A DNA stretch of 64,000 nucleotides from the human T2T-CHM13v2.0 reference genome, Homo sapiens. The DNA is taken from the NCBI RefSeq assembly GCF_009914755.1, contig NC_060948.1, one strand, 5' to 3'. Position 1 is the first letter of the stretch, and the number at the start of each line of letters is the position of its first letter. The translations under genes and the position numbers were made by a program. This document shows positions 44,072-64,000 of this stretch, in pieces. The notes beneath the pieces were generated by a model. The model was not told the origin of the DNA. It searched no databases and was given only the letters and a program-made list of their open reading frames with translations.

Positions 44072-46172
44072 AGATCCATATTTTTTAAATGAAAAAAAAT
44101 TTCAAAGGTACTCTGCTTGGTACAATAATCAAATGTATAAACTGAGGAATAAAACATAACCATGAAACCTACTTATAACTGCATATGGAAAATACAGAGG
44201 ATAATTTTTTAAATAACATATTTTGAAAGCCTTAACTAGTAATTTGAAGAGTTGGCATTTGAAAGGCCAGTATGAATATACCTTCAAAGCAGCAACACAG
44301 GTTCCCCGTGAGAAAAAGCAAACACAGGGAAAATAAAAACACAAAGGTTCAATCTCTTCTGACCTTTGAAAGACACAGCACAGACAGTGGTCCTTAGGAC
44401 GAAGAGCAGGAGACCCCTAATTCCGTCACCATGGCGATAGGGCATAAACATTGCTGGGTGAGGGCACAATCCACATTGTGAGGTCCAACTGCTGCCAGGA
44501 AGACAGGAGTGCTTTTACATAGACCGAAAGGTCATTGAAGGCTCAGAGTTTTGTTTCAAGAACTGAATCCCAAGCCCACACGTTATTAGGCTGCGCTTCT
44601 TAAAACAAGTTATGAGATGGGAAAAAGGGCACCCACAAACATACGTATACATTATGTATATAATAATATACAGTATCATATATATAATATATATAACCTA
44701 TGTATAATATTGTTTTACATCCTGCATCTTATGTTATATGTATTGTATAAAATATAATAATTGATAATATATAAGTTTTATAATTATACAATATGACATA
44801 TAGTATATATTATAATTTATGACATACATAATATATGTTATAAGTCATATATAGAATATATTATACGGTTAATATACGTATTAAATATAAATTATACATT
44901 ATAGATATTATATATAATATATCTGTTATATATAATACCCATTATGCATAATATATATATTATGTCTATGTTATATATAGTATAAAACAACATATAATAA
45001 TATATAATTGTATATATAAAATGCGACATATAATATATATTATATTTTATAACATATGAAATATATATTATATATTATATATAATACGTTGTATGTATAA
45101 TACCTATATTAAATATATATTATATGACTATGTTATTAATTACATGTCACATGTGTTATATATTATATATTTTACATAGAATATACCGTTTACATACAAT
45201 ATATACTATGTTACCTATAATGTATTATTTATTACATGTAAAATAAAGAATGCAATATATTATGTATAATTTATAATATACCATATGTGGAATGTCATAT
45301 ATATAACATATAATATATGATATATGATATACAGTATATGATATATAACATACAATATATGATTCCTAATACATATGGTATACAATATATATTTTATGAT
45401 ATGTATTCTATATGTTTTATATTCTGTTATATATAACTATTTGAAATTATATATAACTGTATAATATTTTATGTAAATATGTAATATAATATATATAACT
45501 ATATAATATATTATATATAACTATATATTATGTTATATATACTTTTATAACATAATTTACATAAAATATCATAATATAATATATATTATATTATTTCATA
45601 TTACATAATATATATTACATATCACCCAATATAACTAACATACATAATATTATAATATAGATTATATTATGTTATATTAAATATCATCTATATCATGTAT
45701 CATATATTCTATAATATATATTACACATTATATAATATGTGTGTTGTCTATTATGTGATATATATAACTCTATATATAATTATATTTTTATACATATAAC
45801 TAGATAAACATGTAATTCTACATATTTTCATTTATAATATGTAGAATTATATAATCATGTATAATTATATTGTATAAAAAATTTTATCATTATATAAATT
45901 ATAATATATAAAAATTATAATATGTACTACAAATATATATATTATATATCATATATGATATAGTACCTTTGTTATATATCATAATACATATAAATGTGTA
46001 TTATGTTATCTATAATTATATAATTTCATATATAAGATGTATAATATGTATCATATATTATATATGTTATGTAATATATGTAGTATATATAAGATGACAC
46101 AGGATAAATATTATATACTATGACATATAAAATATATGAGGTTATATGTTACATATAAGGCATAGCACATAA

Positions 46173-46487
<315 letters not shown>

Positions 46488-48592
46488 AGATCCATATTTT
46501 TTAAATGAAAAAAAATTTCAAAGGTACTCTGCTTGGTACAATAATCAAATGTATAAACTGAGGAATAAAACATAACCATGAAACCTACTTATAACTGCAT
46601 ATGGAAAATACAGAGGATAATTTTTTAAATAACATATTATGAAAGCCTTAACTAGTAATTTGAAGAGCTGGCATTTGAAATGCCAGTATGAATATACCTT
46701 CAAAGCAGCAACACAGGTTCCCCATGAGAAAAAGCAAACACAGGGAAAATAAAAACACAAAGGTTCAATCTCTTCTGACCTTTGAAAGACACAGCACAGA
46801 CAGTGGTCCTTAGGACGAAGAGCAGGAGACCCCTAATTCCGTCACCATGGCGATAGGGCATAAACATTGCTGGGTGAGGGCACAATCCACATTGTGAGGT
46901 CCAACTGCTGCCAGGAAGACAGGAGTGCTTTTACATAGACCGAAAGGTCATTGAAGGCTCAGAGTTTTGTTTCAAGAACTGAATCCCAAGCCCACACGTT
47001 ATTAGGCTGCACTTCTTAAAACAAGTTATGAGATGGGAAAAAGGGCACCCACAAACATACGTATACATTATGTATATAATAATATACAGTATCATATATA
47101 TAATATATATAACCTATGTATAATATTGTTTTACATCCTGCATCTTATGTTATATATATTGTATAAAATATAATAATTGATAATATATAAGGTTTATAAT
47201 TATACAGTAAGACATATAGTATATATTATAATTTATGACATATGTAATATATGTTATAAGTCATATATAGAATATATTATACGGTTAATATACGTATTAA
47301 ATATAAATTATACATTATATATATTATATATAATATATCTGTTATATATAATACCCATTATGCATAATATATATATTATGTCTATGTTATATATAGTATA
47401 AAACAACATATAATAATATATAAATGTATATATAAAATGCGACATATAATATATATTATATTTTATAACATATGTAATATATATTATATATTATATATAA
47501 TATGTTGTATGTATAATACCTATATTAAATATATATTATATGACTATGTTATTAATTACATGTCACATGTGTTATATATTATATATTTTACATAGAATAT
47601 ACCGGTTACATACAACATATACTATGTTACCTATAATGTATAATTTATTATATGTAAAATAAAGAATGCAATATATTATGTATAATTTATAATATACCAT
47701 ATGTGGAATGTGATATATATAACATATAATATATGATATATGATATACAGTATATGATATATAACATACAATATATGATTCCTAATATATATCGTATACA
47801 ATATATATTTTATGATATGTATTCTATATGTTTTATATTCTGTTATATATAACTATTTGAAATTATATATAACTCTATAATATTTTATGTAAATATGTAA
47901 TATAATATATATAACTATATAATATATTATATATAACTATATATTATATTATATATACTTTTATAACATAATTTACATAAAATATCATAATATAATATAT
48001 ATTATATTATTTCATATTACATAATACATATTACATATCACCCAATATAACTAACATACATAATATTATAATATAGATTATATTATGTTATATTAAATAT
48101 CATATATATCATGTATCATATATTCTATAATATATATTACACATTATATAATATGTATGTTGTCTATTATGTGATATATATAACTATATATATAATTATA
48201 TTTTTATACATATAACTAGATAAACCTGTAATTCTACATATTTTCATTTATAATATGTAGAATTATATAATCATATATAATTATTTATATTCTATAAAAA
48301 ATTTTATCATTATATAAATTATAATATATAAAAATTATAATATGTACTACAAATATATATATTATATATCATATATGATATAGTACCTTTGTTATATATC
48401 ATAATACATATAAATGTGTATTATGTTATCTATAATTATATAATTTCATATATAAGTTGTATAAAATGTATCATATATTATATATGTTATGTAATATATA
48501 TAGTATATATAAGATGACACAGGATAAATATTATATACTATGACATATAAAATATATGAGGTTATATGTTACATATAAGGCATAGCACATAA

Positions 48593-48907
<315 letters not shown>

Positions 48908-51012
48908 AGATCCATATTTTTTAAATGAAAAAAAATTTCAAAGGTACTCTGCTTGGTACAATAATCAAATGTATAAACTGAGGAATAAAACATAACCATG
49001 AAACCTACTTATAACTGCATATGGAAAATACAGAGGATAATTTTTTAAATAACATATTTTGAAAGCCTTAACTAGTAATTTGAAGAGTTGGCATTTGAAA
49101 GGCCAGTATGAATATACCTTCAAAGCAGCAACACAGGTTCCCCATGAGAAAAAGCAAACACAGGGAAAATAAAAACACAAAGGTTCAATCTCTTCTGACC
49201 TTTGAAAGACACAGCACAGACAGTGGTCCTTAGGACGAAGAGCAGGAGACCCCTAATTCCGTCACCATGGCGATAGGGCATAAACATTGCTGGGTGAGGG
49301 CACAATCCACATTGTGAGGTCCAACTGCTGCCAGGAAGACAGGAGTGCTTTTACATAGACCGAAAGGTCATTGAAGGCTCAGAGTTTTGTTTCAAGAACT
49401 GAATCCCAAGCCCACACGTTATTAGGCTGCGCTTCTTAAAACAAGTTATGAGATGGGAAAAAGGGCACCCACAAACATACGTATACATTATATATATAAT
49501 AATATACAGTATCATATATATAATATATATAACCTATGTATAATATTGTTTTACATCCTGCATCTTATGTTATATATATTGTATAAAATATAATAATTGA
49601 TAATATATAAGTTTTATATTTATACAATATGACATATAATATATATTATAATTTATGACATATATAATATATGTTATATATCATATATAGAATATATTAT
49701 ACGGTTAATATACGTATTAAATATAAATTATACATTATATATATTATATATAATATATCTGTTATATATAATAACCATTATGCATAATATATATATTATG
49801 TCTATGTTATATATAGTATAAAACAACATATAATAATATATAATTGTATATGTAAAATGCGACATATAATATATATTATATTTTATAACATATGTAATAT
49901 ATATTATACATTATATATAATACGTTGTATGAATAATACCTATATTAAATATATATTATATGACTATGTTATTAATTACATGTCACATGTGTTATATATT
50001 ATATATTTTACATAGAATATACCGGTTGCATACAATATATACTATGTTACCTATAATGTATAATTTATTACATGTAAAATAAAGAATTCAATATATTATG
50101 TATAATTTATAATATACAATATGTGGAATGTGATATATATAACATATAATATATGATATATGATATACAGTATATGATATATAACATACAATATATGATT
50201 CCTATTATATATGGTATACAATATATATTTTATGATATGTATTCTATACGTTTTATATTCTGTTATATATAACTATTTGAAATTATATATAACTGTATAA
50301 TATTTTATGTAAATATGTAATATAATATATATAACTATATAATATATTATATAAAACTATATATTATGTTATATATACTTTTATAACATAATTTACATAA
50401 AATATCATAATATAATATATATTATATTATTTCATATTACATAATATATATTACATATCACCCAATATAACTAACATACATAATATTATAATATAGATTA
50501 TATTGTGTTATATTAAATATCATATATATCATGTATCATATATTCTATAATATATAATACACATTATATAATATGTATGTTGTCTATTATGTGATATATA
50601 TAACTATATATATAATTATATTTTTATACATATAACTAGATAAACATGTAATTCTACATATTTTCATTTATAATATGTAGAATTATATAATCATATATAA
50701 TTATTAATATTCTATAAAAAATTTTATCATTATATAAATTATAATATATAAAAATTATAATATGTACTACAAATATATATATTATATATCATATATGCTA
50801 TAGTTCCTTTGTTATATATCATAATACATATAAATGTGTACTATGTTATCTATAATTATATAATTTCATATATAAGTTGTATAATATGTATCATATATTA
50901 TATATGTTATGTAATATATATAGTATATATAAGATGACACAGGATAAATATTATATACTATGACATATAAAATATATGAGGTTATATGTTACATATAAGG
51001 CATAGCACATAA

Positions 51013-51327
<315 letters not shown>

Positions 51328-53454
51328 AGATCCATATTTTTTAAATGAAAAAAAATTTCAAAGGTACTCTGCTTGGTACAATAATCAAATGTATAAACTG
51401 AGGAATAAAACATAACCATGAAACCTACTTATAACTGCATATGGAAAATACAGAGGATAATTTTTTAAATAACATATTTTGAAAGCCTTAACTAGTAATT
51501 TGAAGAGTTGGCATTTGAAAGGCCAATATGAATATACCTTCAAAGCAGCAACACAGGTTCCCCATGAGAAAAAGCAAACACAGGGAAAATAAAAACACAA
51601 AGGTTCAATCTCTTCTGACCTTTGAAAGACACAGCACAGACAGTGGTCCTTAGGACGAAGAGCAGGAGACCCCTAATTCCGTCACCATGGCGATAGGGCA
51701 TAAACATTGCTGGGTGAGGGCACAATCCACATTGTGAGGTCCAACTGCTGCCAGGAAGACAGGAGTGCTTTTACATAGACCGAAAGGTCATTGAAGGCTC
51801 AGAGTTTTGTTTCAAGAACTGAATCCCAAGCCCACACGTTATTAGGCTGCGCTTCTTAAAACAAGTTATGAGATGGGAAAAAGGGCACCCACAAACTTAC
51901 GTATACATTATGTATATAATAATATACAGTATCATATATATAATATATATAACCTATGTATAATATTGTTTTACATCCTGCATCTTATGTTATATATATT
52001 GTATAAAATATAATAATTGATAATATATAAGTTTTATAATTATACAATATGACATATAGTATATATTATAATTTATGACATATATAATATATGTTATATG
52101 TCATATATAGAATATATTATACGGTTAACATACGTATTAAATATAAATTATACATTATATATATTATATATAATATATCTGTTATATATAATACCCATTA
52201 TGCATAATATATATATTATGTCTATGTTATATATAGTATAAAACAACATATAATAATATATAATTGTATATATAAAATGCGACATATAATATATATTATA
52301 TTTTATAACATATGTAATATATATTATATATTATATATAATACGTTGTATGTATAATACCTATATTAAATATATATTATATGACTATGTTATTAATTACA
52401 TGTCACATGTGTTATATATTATATATTTTACATAGAATATACTGGTTACATACAATATATACTATGTTACCTATAATGTATAATTTATTACCTGTAAAAT
52501 AAAGAATGCAATATATTATGTAAAATTTATAATATACCATATGTGGAATGTCATATATATAACATATAATATATGATATATGATATACAGTATATGATAT
52601 ATAACATACAATATATGATTCCTAATATATATGGTATACAATATATATTTTATGATATGTATTCTATATGTTTTATATTCTGTTATATATAACTATTTGA
52701 AATTATATATAACTGTATAATATTTTATGTAAATATGTAATATAATATATATAATATATAATATATTATATATAACTACATATTATGTTATATATACTTT
52801 TATAACATAATTTACATAAAATATCATAATATAATATATATTATATTATTTCATATTACATAATATATATTACATATCACCCAATATAACTAACATACAT
52901 AATATTATAATATAGATTATATTATGTTATATTAAATATCATATATATCATGTATCATATATTCTATAATATATATTACACATTATATAATATGTATGTT
53001 GTCTATTATGTGATATATATAACTATATATATAATTATATTTTTATACATATAACTAGATAAACATGTAATTCTACATATTTTCATTTCTAATATGTAGA
53101 ATTATATAATCATATATAATTATTTATATTCTATAAAAAATTTTATCATTATATAAATTATAATATATAAAAATTATAATATGTACTACAAATATATATA
53201 TTATATATCATATATGATATACTACCTTTGTTATATATCATAATACATATAAATGTGTATTATGTTATCTATAATTATATAATTTCATATATAAGATGTA
53301 TAATATGTATCATATATTACATATGTTATGTAATATATATAGTATATATAAGATGACACAGGATAAATATTATATACTATGACATATAAAATATATGAGG
53401 TTATATGTTACATATAAGGCATAGCACATAACATGTAATATATATCATATATAA

Positions 53455-53746
<292 letters not shown>

Positions 53747-55874
53747 AGATCCATATTTTTTAAATGAAAAAAAATTTCAAAGGTACTCTGCTTGGTACAA
53801 TAATCAAATGTATAAACTGAGGAATAAAACATAACCATGAAACCTACTTATAACTGCATATGGAAAATACAGAGGATAATTTTTTAAATAACATATTTTG
53901 AAAGCCTTAACTAGTAATTTGAAGAGTTGGCATTTGAAAGGCCAGTATGAATATACCTTCAAAGCAGCAACACAGGTTCCCCATGAGAAAAAGCAAACAC
54001 AGGGAAAATAAAAACACAAAGGTTCAATCTCTTCTGACCTTTGAAAGACACAGCACAGACAGTGGTCCTTAGGACGAAGAGCAGGAGACCCCTAATTCCG
54101 TCACCATGGCGATAGGGCATAAACATTGCTGGGTGAGGGCACAATCCACATTGTGAGGTCCAACTGCTGCCAGGAAGACAGGAGTGCTTTTACATAGACC
54201 GAAAGGTCATTGAAGGCTCAGAGTTTTGTTTCAAGAACTGAATCCCAAGCCCACACGTTATTAGGCTGCACTTCTTAAAACAAGTTATGAGATGGGAAAA
54301 AGGGCACCCACAAACATACGTATACATTATGTATATAATAATATACAGTATCATATATATAATATATATAACCTATGTATAATATTGTTTTACATCCTGC
54401 ATCTTATGTTATATATATTGTATAAAATATAATAATTGATAATATATAAGTTTTATAATTATACAATATGACATATAGTATATATTATAATTTATGACAT
54501 ATATAATATATGTTATATGTCGTATATAGAATATATTATACGGTTAATATACGTATTAAATATAAATTATACATTCTATATATTATATATAATATATCTG
54601 TTATATATAATACCCATTATGCATAATATATATATTATGTCTATGTTATATATAGTATAAAACAACATATAATAATATATAATTGTATATATAAAATGCG
54701 ACATATAATATTTATTATATTTTATAACATATGAAATATATATTATATATTATATATAATACGTTGTATGTATAATACCTATATTAAATATATATTATAT
54801 GACTATGTTATTAATTACATGTCACATGTGTTATATATTATATATTTTACATAGAATATACCGGTTACATACAATATATACTATGTTACCTATAATGTAT
54901 TATTTATTACATGTAAAATAAAGAATGCAATATATTATGTATAATTTATAATATACCATATGTGGAATGTCATATATATAACATATAATATATGATATAT
55001 GATATACAGTATATGATATATAACATACAATATATGATTCCTAATACATATGGTATACAATATATATTTTATGATATGTATTCTATATGTTTTATATTCT
55101 GTTATATATAACTATTTGAAATTATATATAACTGTATAATATTTTATGTAAATATGTAATATAATATATATAACTATATAATATATTATATATAACTATA
55201 TATTATGTTATATATACTTTTATAACATAATTTACATAAAATATCATAATATAATATATATTATATTATTTCATATTACATAATATATATTACATATCAC
55301 CCAATATAACTAACATACATAATATTATAATATAGATTATATTATGTTATATTAAATATCATCTATATCATGTATCATATATTCTATAATATATATTACA
55401 CATTATATAATATGTGTGTTGTCTGTTATGTGATATATATAACTCTATATATAATTATATTTTTATACATATAACTAGATAAACATGTAATTCTACATAT
55501 TTTCATTTATAATATGTAGAATTATATAATCATATATAATTATTTATATTCTATAAAAAATTTTATCTTTATATAAATTATAATATATAAAAATTATAAT
55601 ATGTACTACAAATATATATATTATATATCATATATGATATAGTACCTTTGTTATATATCATAATACATATAAATGTGTATTATGTTATCTATAATTATAT
55701 AATTTCATATATAAGATGTATAATATGTATCATATATTATATATGTTATGTAATATATGTAGTATATATAAGATGACACAGGATAAATATTATATACTAT
55801 GACATATAAAATATATCAGGTTATATGTTACATATAAGGCATAGCACATAACATGTAATATATATCATATATAA

Positions 55875-56166
55875 TTTTTTTTTAGACAGAATCTTGTCCT
55901 GTTGCACAGGGTGGGGTACAATGGCGCCATCTTTGCTCACTGCAACTTCTGCCTCATGGGTCCAAGCGATTGTCCTCCCTCAGCCTCCCAGGTAGCTGGG
56001 ACTACACCACACTGGGACTACACCAGCTGCCACCATGCCTAGCTAATTATTTGGATTTTTAGTAGTGACAGCCTTTCACTGTATTGGCCAGGATGGTCTT
56101 GATCTCTTCACCTTGTGATCCCCTTGCCTTGGCCTCCAAATTTGCTGGGATTACAGGCCTGAGCCA
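55875..56166 (-). mobile_element. Alu in DYZ2 unit 24
   Basis: Copy of 243-534 with CTCATGGG, TAATTATTTGG and CAGCCTTTC variants. Confidence 0.95.
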
Positions 56167-58271
56167 AGATCCATATTTTTTAAATGAAAAAAAATTTCAA
56201 AGGTACTCTGCTTGGTACAATAATCAAATGTATAAACTGAGGAATAAAACATAACCATGAAACCTACTTATAACTGCATATGGAAAATACAGAGGATAAT
56301 TTTTTAAATAACATATTATGAAAGCCTTAACTAGTAATTTGAAGAGCTGGCATTTGAAAGGCCAGTATGAATATACCTTCAAAGCAGCAACACAGGTTCC
56401 CCATGAGAAAAAGCAAACACAGGGAAAATAAAAACACAAAGGTTCAATCTCTTCTGACCTTTGAAAGACACAGCACAGACAGTGGTCCTTAGGACGAAGA
56501 GCAGGAGACCCCTAATTCCGTCACCATGGCGATAGGGCATAAACATTGCTGGGTGAGGGCACAATCCACATTGTGAGGTCCAACTGCTGCCAGGAAGACA
56601 GGAGTGCTTTTACATAGACCGAAAGGTCATTGAAGGCTCAGAGTTTTGTTTCAAGAACTGAATCCCAAGCCCACACGTTATTAGGCTGCGCTTCTTAAAA
56701 CAAGTTATGAGATGGGAAAAAGGGCACCCACAAACATACGTATACATTATGTATATAATAATATACAGTATCATATATATAATATATATAACCTATGTAT
56801 AATATTGTTTTACATCCTGCATCTTATGTTATATATATTGTATAAAATATAATAATTGATAATATATAAGTTTTATAATTATACAATATGACATATAGTA
56901 TATATTATAATTTATGACATATATAATATATGTTATATGTCATATATAGAATATATTATACGGTTAATATACGTATTAAATATAAATTATACATTCTATA
57001 TATTATATATAATATATCTGTTATATATAATACCCATTATGCATAATATATATATTATGTCTATGTTATATATAGTATAAAACAACATATAATAATATAT
57101 AATTGTATATATGAAATGCGACATATAATATATATTATATTTTATAACATATGAAATATATATTATATATTATATATAATACTTTGTATGTATAATACCT
57201 ATATTAAATATATATTATATGACTATGTTATTAATTACATGTCACATGTGTTATATATTATATATTTTACATAGAATATACCGGTTACATACAATATATA
57301 CTATGTTACCTATAATGTATAATTTATTACATGTAAAATAAAGAATGCAATATATTATGTATAATTTATAATATACCATATGTGGAATGTGATATATATA
57401 ACATATAATATATGATATATGATATACAGTATATGATATATAACATACAATATATGATTCCTAATACATATTGTATACAATATATATTTTATGATATGTA
57501 TTCTATATGTTTTATATTCTGTTATATATAACTATTTGAAATTATATATAACTGTATAATATTTTATGTAAATATGTAATATAATATATATAACTATATA
57601 ATATATTATATATAACTATATATTATGTTATATATACTTTTATAACATAATTTACATAAAATATCATAATATAATATATATTATATTATTTCATATTACA
57701 TAATATATATTACATATCACCCAATATAACTAACATACATAATATTATTATATAGATTATATTGTGTTATATTAAATATCATATATATCATGTATCATAT
57801 ATTCTATAATATATATTACACATTATATAATATGTATGTTGTCTATTATGTGATATATATAACTATATATATAATTATATTTTTATACATATAACTAGAT
57901 AAACATGTAATTCTACATATTTTCATTTATAATATGTAGAATTATATAATCATATATAATTATTTATATTCTATAAAAAATTTTATCATTCTATAAATTA
58001 TAATATATAAAAATTATAATATGTACTACAAATATATATATTATATATCATATATGATATAGTACCTTTGTTATATATCATAATACATATAAATGTGTAT
58101 TATGTTATCTATAATTATATAATTTCATATATAAGATGTATAATATGTATCATATATTATATATGTTATGTAATATATATAGTATATATAAGATGACACA
58201 GGATAAATATTATATACTATGACATATAAAATATATGAGGTTATATGTTACATATAAGGCATAGCACATAA

Positions 58272-58586
<315 letters not shown>

Positions 58587-60687
58587 AGATCCATATTTCT
58601 TAAATGAAAAAAAATTTCAAAGGTACTCTGCTTGGTACAATAATCAAATGTATAAACTGAGGAATAAAACATAACCATGAAACCTACTTATCACTGCATA
58701 TGGAAAATACAGAGGATAATTTTCTAAATAACATATTTTGAAAGCCTTAACTAGTAATTTGAAGAGTTGGCATTTGAAAGGCCAGTATGAATATACCTTC
58801 AAAGCAGCAACACAGGTTCCCCGTGAGAAAAAGCAAACACAGGGAAAATAAAAACACAAAGGTTCAATCTCTTCTGACCTTTGCAAGACACAGCACAGAC
58901 AGTGGTCCTTAGGACTAAGAGCAGGAGACCCCTAATTCCGTCACCATGGCGATAGGGCATAAACATTGCTGGGTGAGGGCACAATCCACATTGTGAGGTC
59001 CAACTGCTGCCAGGAAGACAGGAGTGCTTTTACATAGACCGAAAGGTCATGGAAGGCTCAGAGTTTTGTTTCAAGAACTGAATCCCAAGCCCACACGTTA
59101 TTAGGCTGCGCTTCTTAAAACAAGTTATGAGATGGGAAAAAGGGCACCCACAAACATACGTATACATTATGTATATAATAATATACAGTATCATATATAT
59201 AATATATATAACCTATGTATAATATTGTTTTACATCCTGCATCTTATGTTATATATATTGTATAAAATATAATAATTGATAATATATAAGTTTTATAAGT
59301 ATACAATATGACATATAGTATATATTATAATTTATGACATATATAATATATGTTATATGTCATATATAGAATATATTATACGGTTAACATACGTATTAAA
59401 TATAAATTATACATTGTATATATTATATATAATATATCTGTTTTATATAATACCCATTATGCATAATATATATATTATGTCTATGCTATATATAGTATAA
59501 AACAACATATAATAATATATAATTGTATATATAAAACGCGACATATAATATATATTATATTTTATAACATATGTAATATATATTATATATTATATATAAT
59601 ACGTTGTATGTATAATACCTATATTAAATATATATTATATGACTATGTTATTAATTACATGTCACATGTGTTATATATTATATATTTTACATAGAATATA
59701 CCGGTTACATACAATATATACTATGTTACCTATAATGTATAATTTATTACCTGTAAAATAAAGAATGCAATATATTATGTAAAATTTATAATATACCATA
59801 TGTGGAATGTCATATATTTAACTTATATTATATGATATATGATATACAGTATATGATATATAACATACAATATATGATTCCTAATATATATGGTATACAA
59901 TATATATTTTATGATATGTATTCTATATGTTTTATATTCTGTTATATATAACTATTTGAAATTATATATAACTGTATAATATTTTATGTAAATATGTAAT
60001 ATAATATATATAACTATATAATATATTATATATAACTATATATTATGTTATATATACTTTTATAACATAATTTACATAAAATATCATAATATAATATATA
60101 TTATATTATTTCATATTACATAATATATATTACATATCACCCAATATAACTAACATACATAATATTATAATATAGATTATATTGTGTTATATTAAATATC
60201 ATATATATCATGTATCATATATTCTATAATATATATTACACACTATATAATATGTATGTTGTCTACTATATGATATATATAACTATATATGTAATTATAT
60301 TTTTATACATATAACTAGATAAACATGTAATTCTACATATTTTCATTTATAATATGTAGAATTATATAATCATATATAATTATATTCTATAAAAAATTTT
60401 ATCATTCTATAAATTATAATATATAAAAATTATAATATGTACTACAAATATATATATTATATATCATATATGATATAGTACCTTTGTTATATATCATAAT
60501 ACATATAAATGTGTATTATGTTATCTATAATTATATAATTTCATATATAAGATGTATAATATGTATCATATATTATATATGTTATGTAATATATATAGTA
60601 TATATAAGATGACACAGGATAAATATTATATACTATGACATATAAAATATATGAGGTTATATGTTACATATAAGGCATAGCACATAA

Positions 60688-61002
<315 letters not shown>

Positions 61003-63107
61003 AGATCCATATTTTTTAAATGAAAAAAAAATTTCAAAGGTACTCTGCTTGGTACAATAATCAAATGTATAAACTGAGGAATAAAACATAACCATGAAAC
61101 CTACTTATAACTGCATATGGAAAATACAGAGGATAATTTTTTAAATAACATATTTTGAAAGCCTTAACTAGTAATTTGAAGAGTTGGCATTTGAAAGGCC
61201 AGTATGAATATACCTTCAAAGCAGCAACACAGGTTCCCCATGAGAAAAAGCAAACACAGGGAAAATAAAAACACAAAGGTTCAATCTCTTCTGACCTTTG
61301 AAAGACACAGCACAGACAGTGGTCCTTAGGACGAAGAGCAGGAGACCCCTAATTCCGTCACCATGGCGATAGGGCATAAACATTGCTGGGTGAGGGCACA
61401 ATCCACATTGTGAGGTCCAACTGCTGCCAGGAAGACAGGAGTGCTTTTACATAGACCGAAAGGTCATTGAAGGCTCAGAGTTTTGTTTCAAGAACTGAAT
61501 CCCAAGCCCACACGTTATTAGGCTGCGCTTCTTAAAACAAGTTATGAGATGGGAAAAAGGGCACCCACAAACATACGTATACATTATGTATATAATAATA
61601 TACAGTATCATATATATAATATATATAACCTATGTATAATATTGTTTTACATCCTGCATCTTCTGTTATATATATTGTATAAAATATAATAATTGATAAT
61701 ATATAAGTTTTATAATTATACAATATGACATATAGTATATATTATAATTTATGACATATATAATATATGTTATATGTCATATATAGAATATATTATACGG
61801 TTAACATACGTATTAAATATAAATTATACATTGTATATATTATATATAATATATCTGTTATATATAATACCCATTATGCATAATATATATATTATGTCTA
61901 TGCTATATATAGTATAAAACAACATATCATAATATATAATTGTATATATAAAATGCGACATATAATATATATTATATTTTATAACATATGTAATATATAT
62001 TATATATTATATATAATACGTTGTATGTATAATACCTATATTAAATATATATTATATGACTATGTTATTAATTACATGTCACATGTGTTATATATTATAT
62101 ATTTTACATAGAATATACCGGTTACATACAATATATACTATGTTACCTATAATGCATAATTTATTACCTGTAAAATAAAGAATGAAATATATTATGTAAA
62201 ATTTATAATATACCATATGTGGAATGTCATATATTTACATATAATATATGATATATGATATACAGTATATGATATATAACATACAATATATGATTCCTAA
62301 TATATATGGTATACAATATATATTTTATGATATGTATTCTATATGTTTTATATTCTGTTATATATAACTATTTGAAATTATATATAACTGTATAATATTT
62401 TATGTAAATATGTAATATAATATATATAACTATATAATATATTATATATAACTATATATTATGTTATATATACTTTTATAACATAATTTACATAAAATAT
62501 CATAATATAATATATATTATATTATTTCATATTACATAATATATATTACATATCACCCAATATAACTAACATACATAATATTATAATATACATTATATTG
62601 TGTTATATTAAATATCATATATATCATGTATCATATATTCTATAATATATATTACACACTATATAATATGTATGTTGTCTATTATGTGATATATATAACT
62701 CTATATATAATTATATTTTTATACATATAACTAGATAAACATGTAATTCTACATATTTTCATTTATAATATGTAGAATTATATAATCATATATAATTATT
62801 TATATGCTATAAAAAATTTTATCATTCTATAAATTATAATATATAAAAATTATAATATGTACTACAAATATATATATTATATATCATATATGATATAGTA
62901 CCTTTGTTATATATCATAATACATATAAATGTGTATTATGTTATCTATAATTATATAATTTCATATATAAGATGTATAATATGTATCATATATTATATAT
63001 GTTATGTAATATATATAGTATATATAAGATGACACAGGATAAATATTATATACTATGACATATAAAATATATGAGGTTATATGTTACATATAAGGCATAG
63101 CACATAA

Positions 63108-63422
<315 letters not shown>

Positions 63423-64000
63423 AGATCCATATTTTTTAAATGAAAAAAAATTTCAAAGGTACTCTGCTTGGTACAATAATCAAATGTATAAACTGAGGAA
63501 TAAAACATAACCATGAAACCTACTTATAACTGCATATGGAAAATACAGAGGATAATTTTTTAAATAACATATTTTGAAAGCCTTAACTAGTAATTTGAAG
63601 AGTTGGCATTTGAAAGCCCAGTATGAATATACCTTCAAAGCAGCAACACAGGTTCCCCATGAGAAAAAGCAAACACAGGGAAAATAAAAACACAAAGGTT
63701 CAATCTCTTCTGACCTTTGAAAGACACAGCACAGACAGTGGTCCTTAGGACGAAGAGCAGGAGACCCCTAATTCCGTCACCATGGCGATAGGGCATAAAC
63801 ATTGCTGGGTGAGGGCACAATCCACATTGTGAGGTCCAACTGCTGCCAGGAAGACAGGAGTGCTTTTACATAGACCGAAAGGTCATTGAAGGCTCAGAGT
63901 TTTGTTTCAAGAACTGAATCCCAAGCCCACACGTTATTAGGCTGCGCTTCTTAAAACAAGTTATGAGATGGGAAAAAGGGCACCCACAAACATACGTATA

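Overview
The whole window is a head-to-tail tandem array of a ~2.42 kb unit (periods 2416-2420 bp, 27 Alu-anchored copies, all in one orientation, nearly identical). Each unit has three parts: a diverged, slightly 5'-truncated antisense Alu (~292 bp), a ~570 bp moderately GC segment matching the position and size of the HSATI component, and a ~1.55 kb extremely AT-rich cryptically simple region. This is the architecture of the human DYZ2/HSat1B satellite, most likely from Yq12 heterochromatin. The HaeIII site pattern predicts a 2145 bp fragment, consistent with the classic 2.1 kb male-specific band. I see no credible genes; all listed ORFs are chance frames repeated with the unit. The interesting signal lies in the variants between copies: nested 1-, 2-, 4- and 11/12-unit duplications, chimeric units, clustered substitutions and recurrent CpG and slippage changes. 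There is also a speculative 102-nt cryptic Alu exon, open in all three frames, in almost every unit. Units are numbered 1-27 by Alu start: 243, 2662, 5081, 7500, 9919, 12338, 14757, 17177, 19596, 22015, 24434, 26854, 29274, 31691, 34108, 36524, 38944, 41361, 43780, 46196, 48616, 51036, 53455, 55875, 58295, 60711, 63131. All comparisons were made by eye, not by alignment software.
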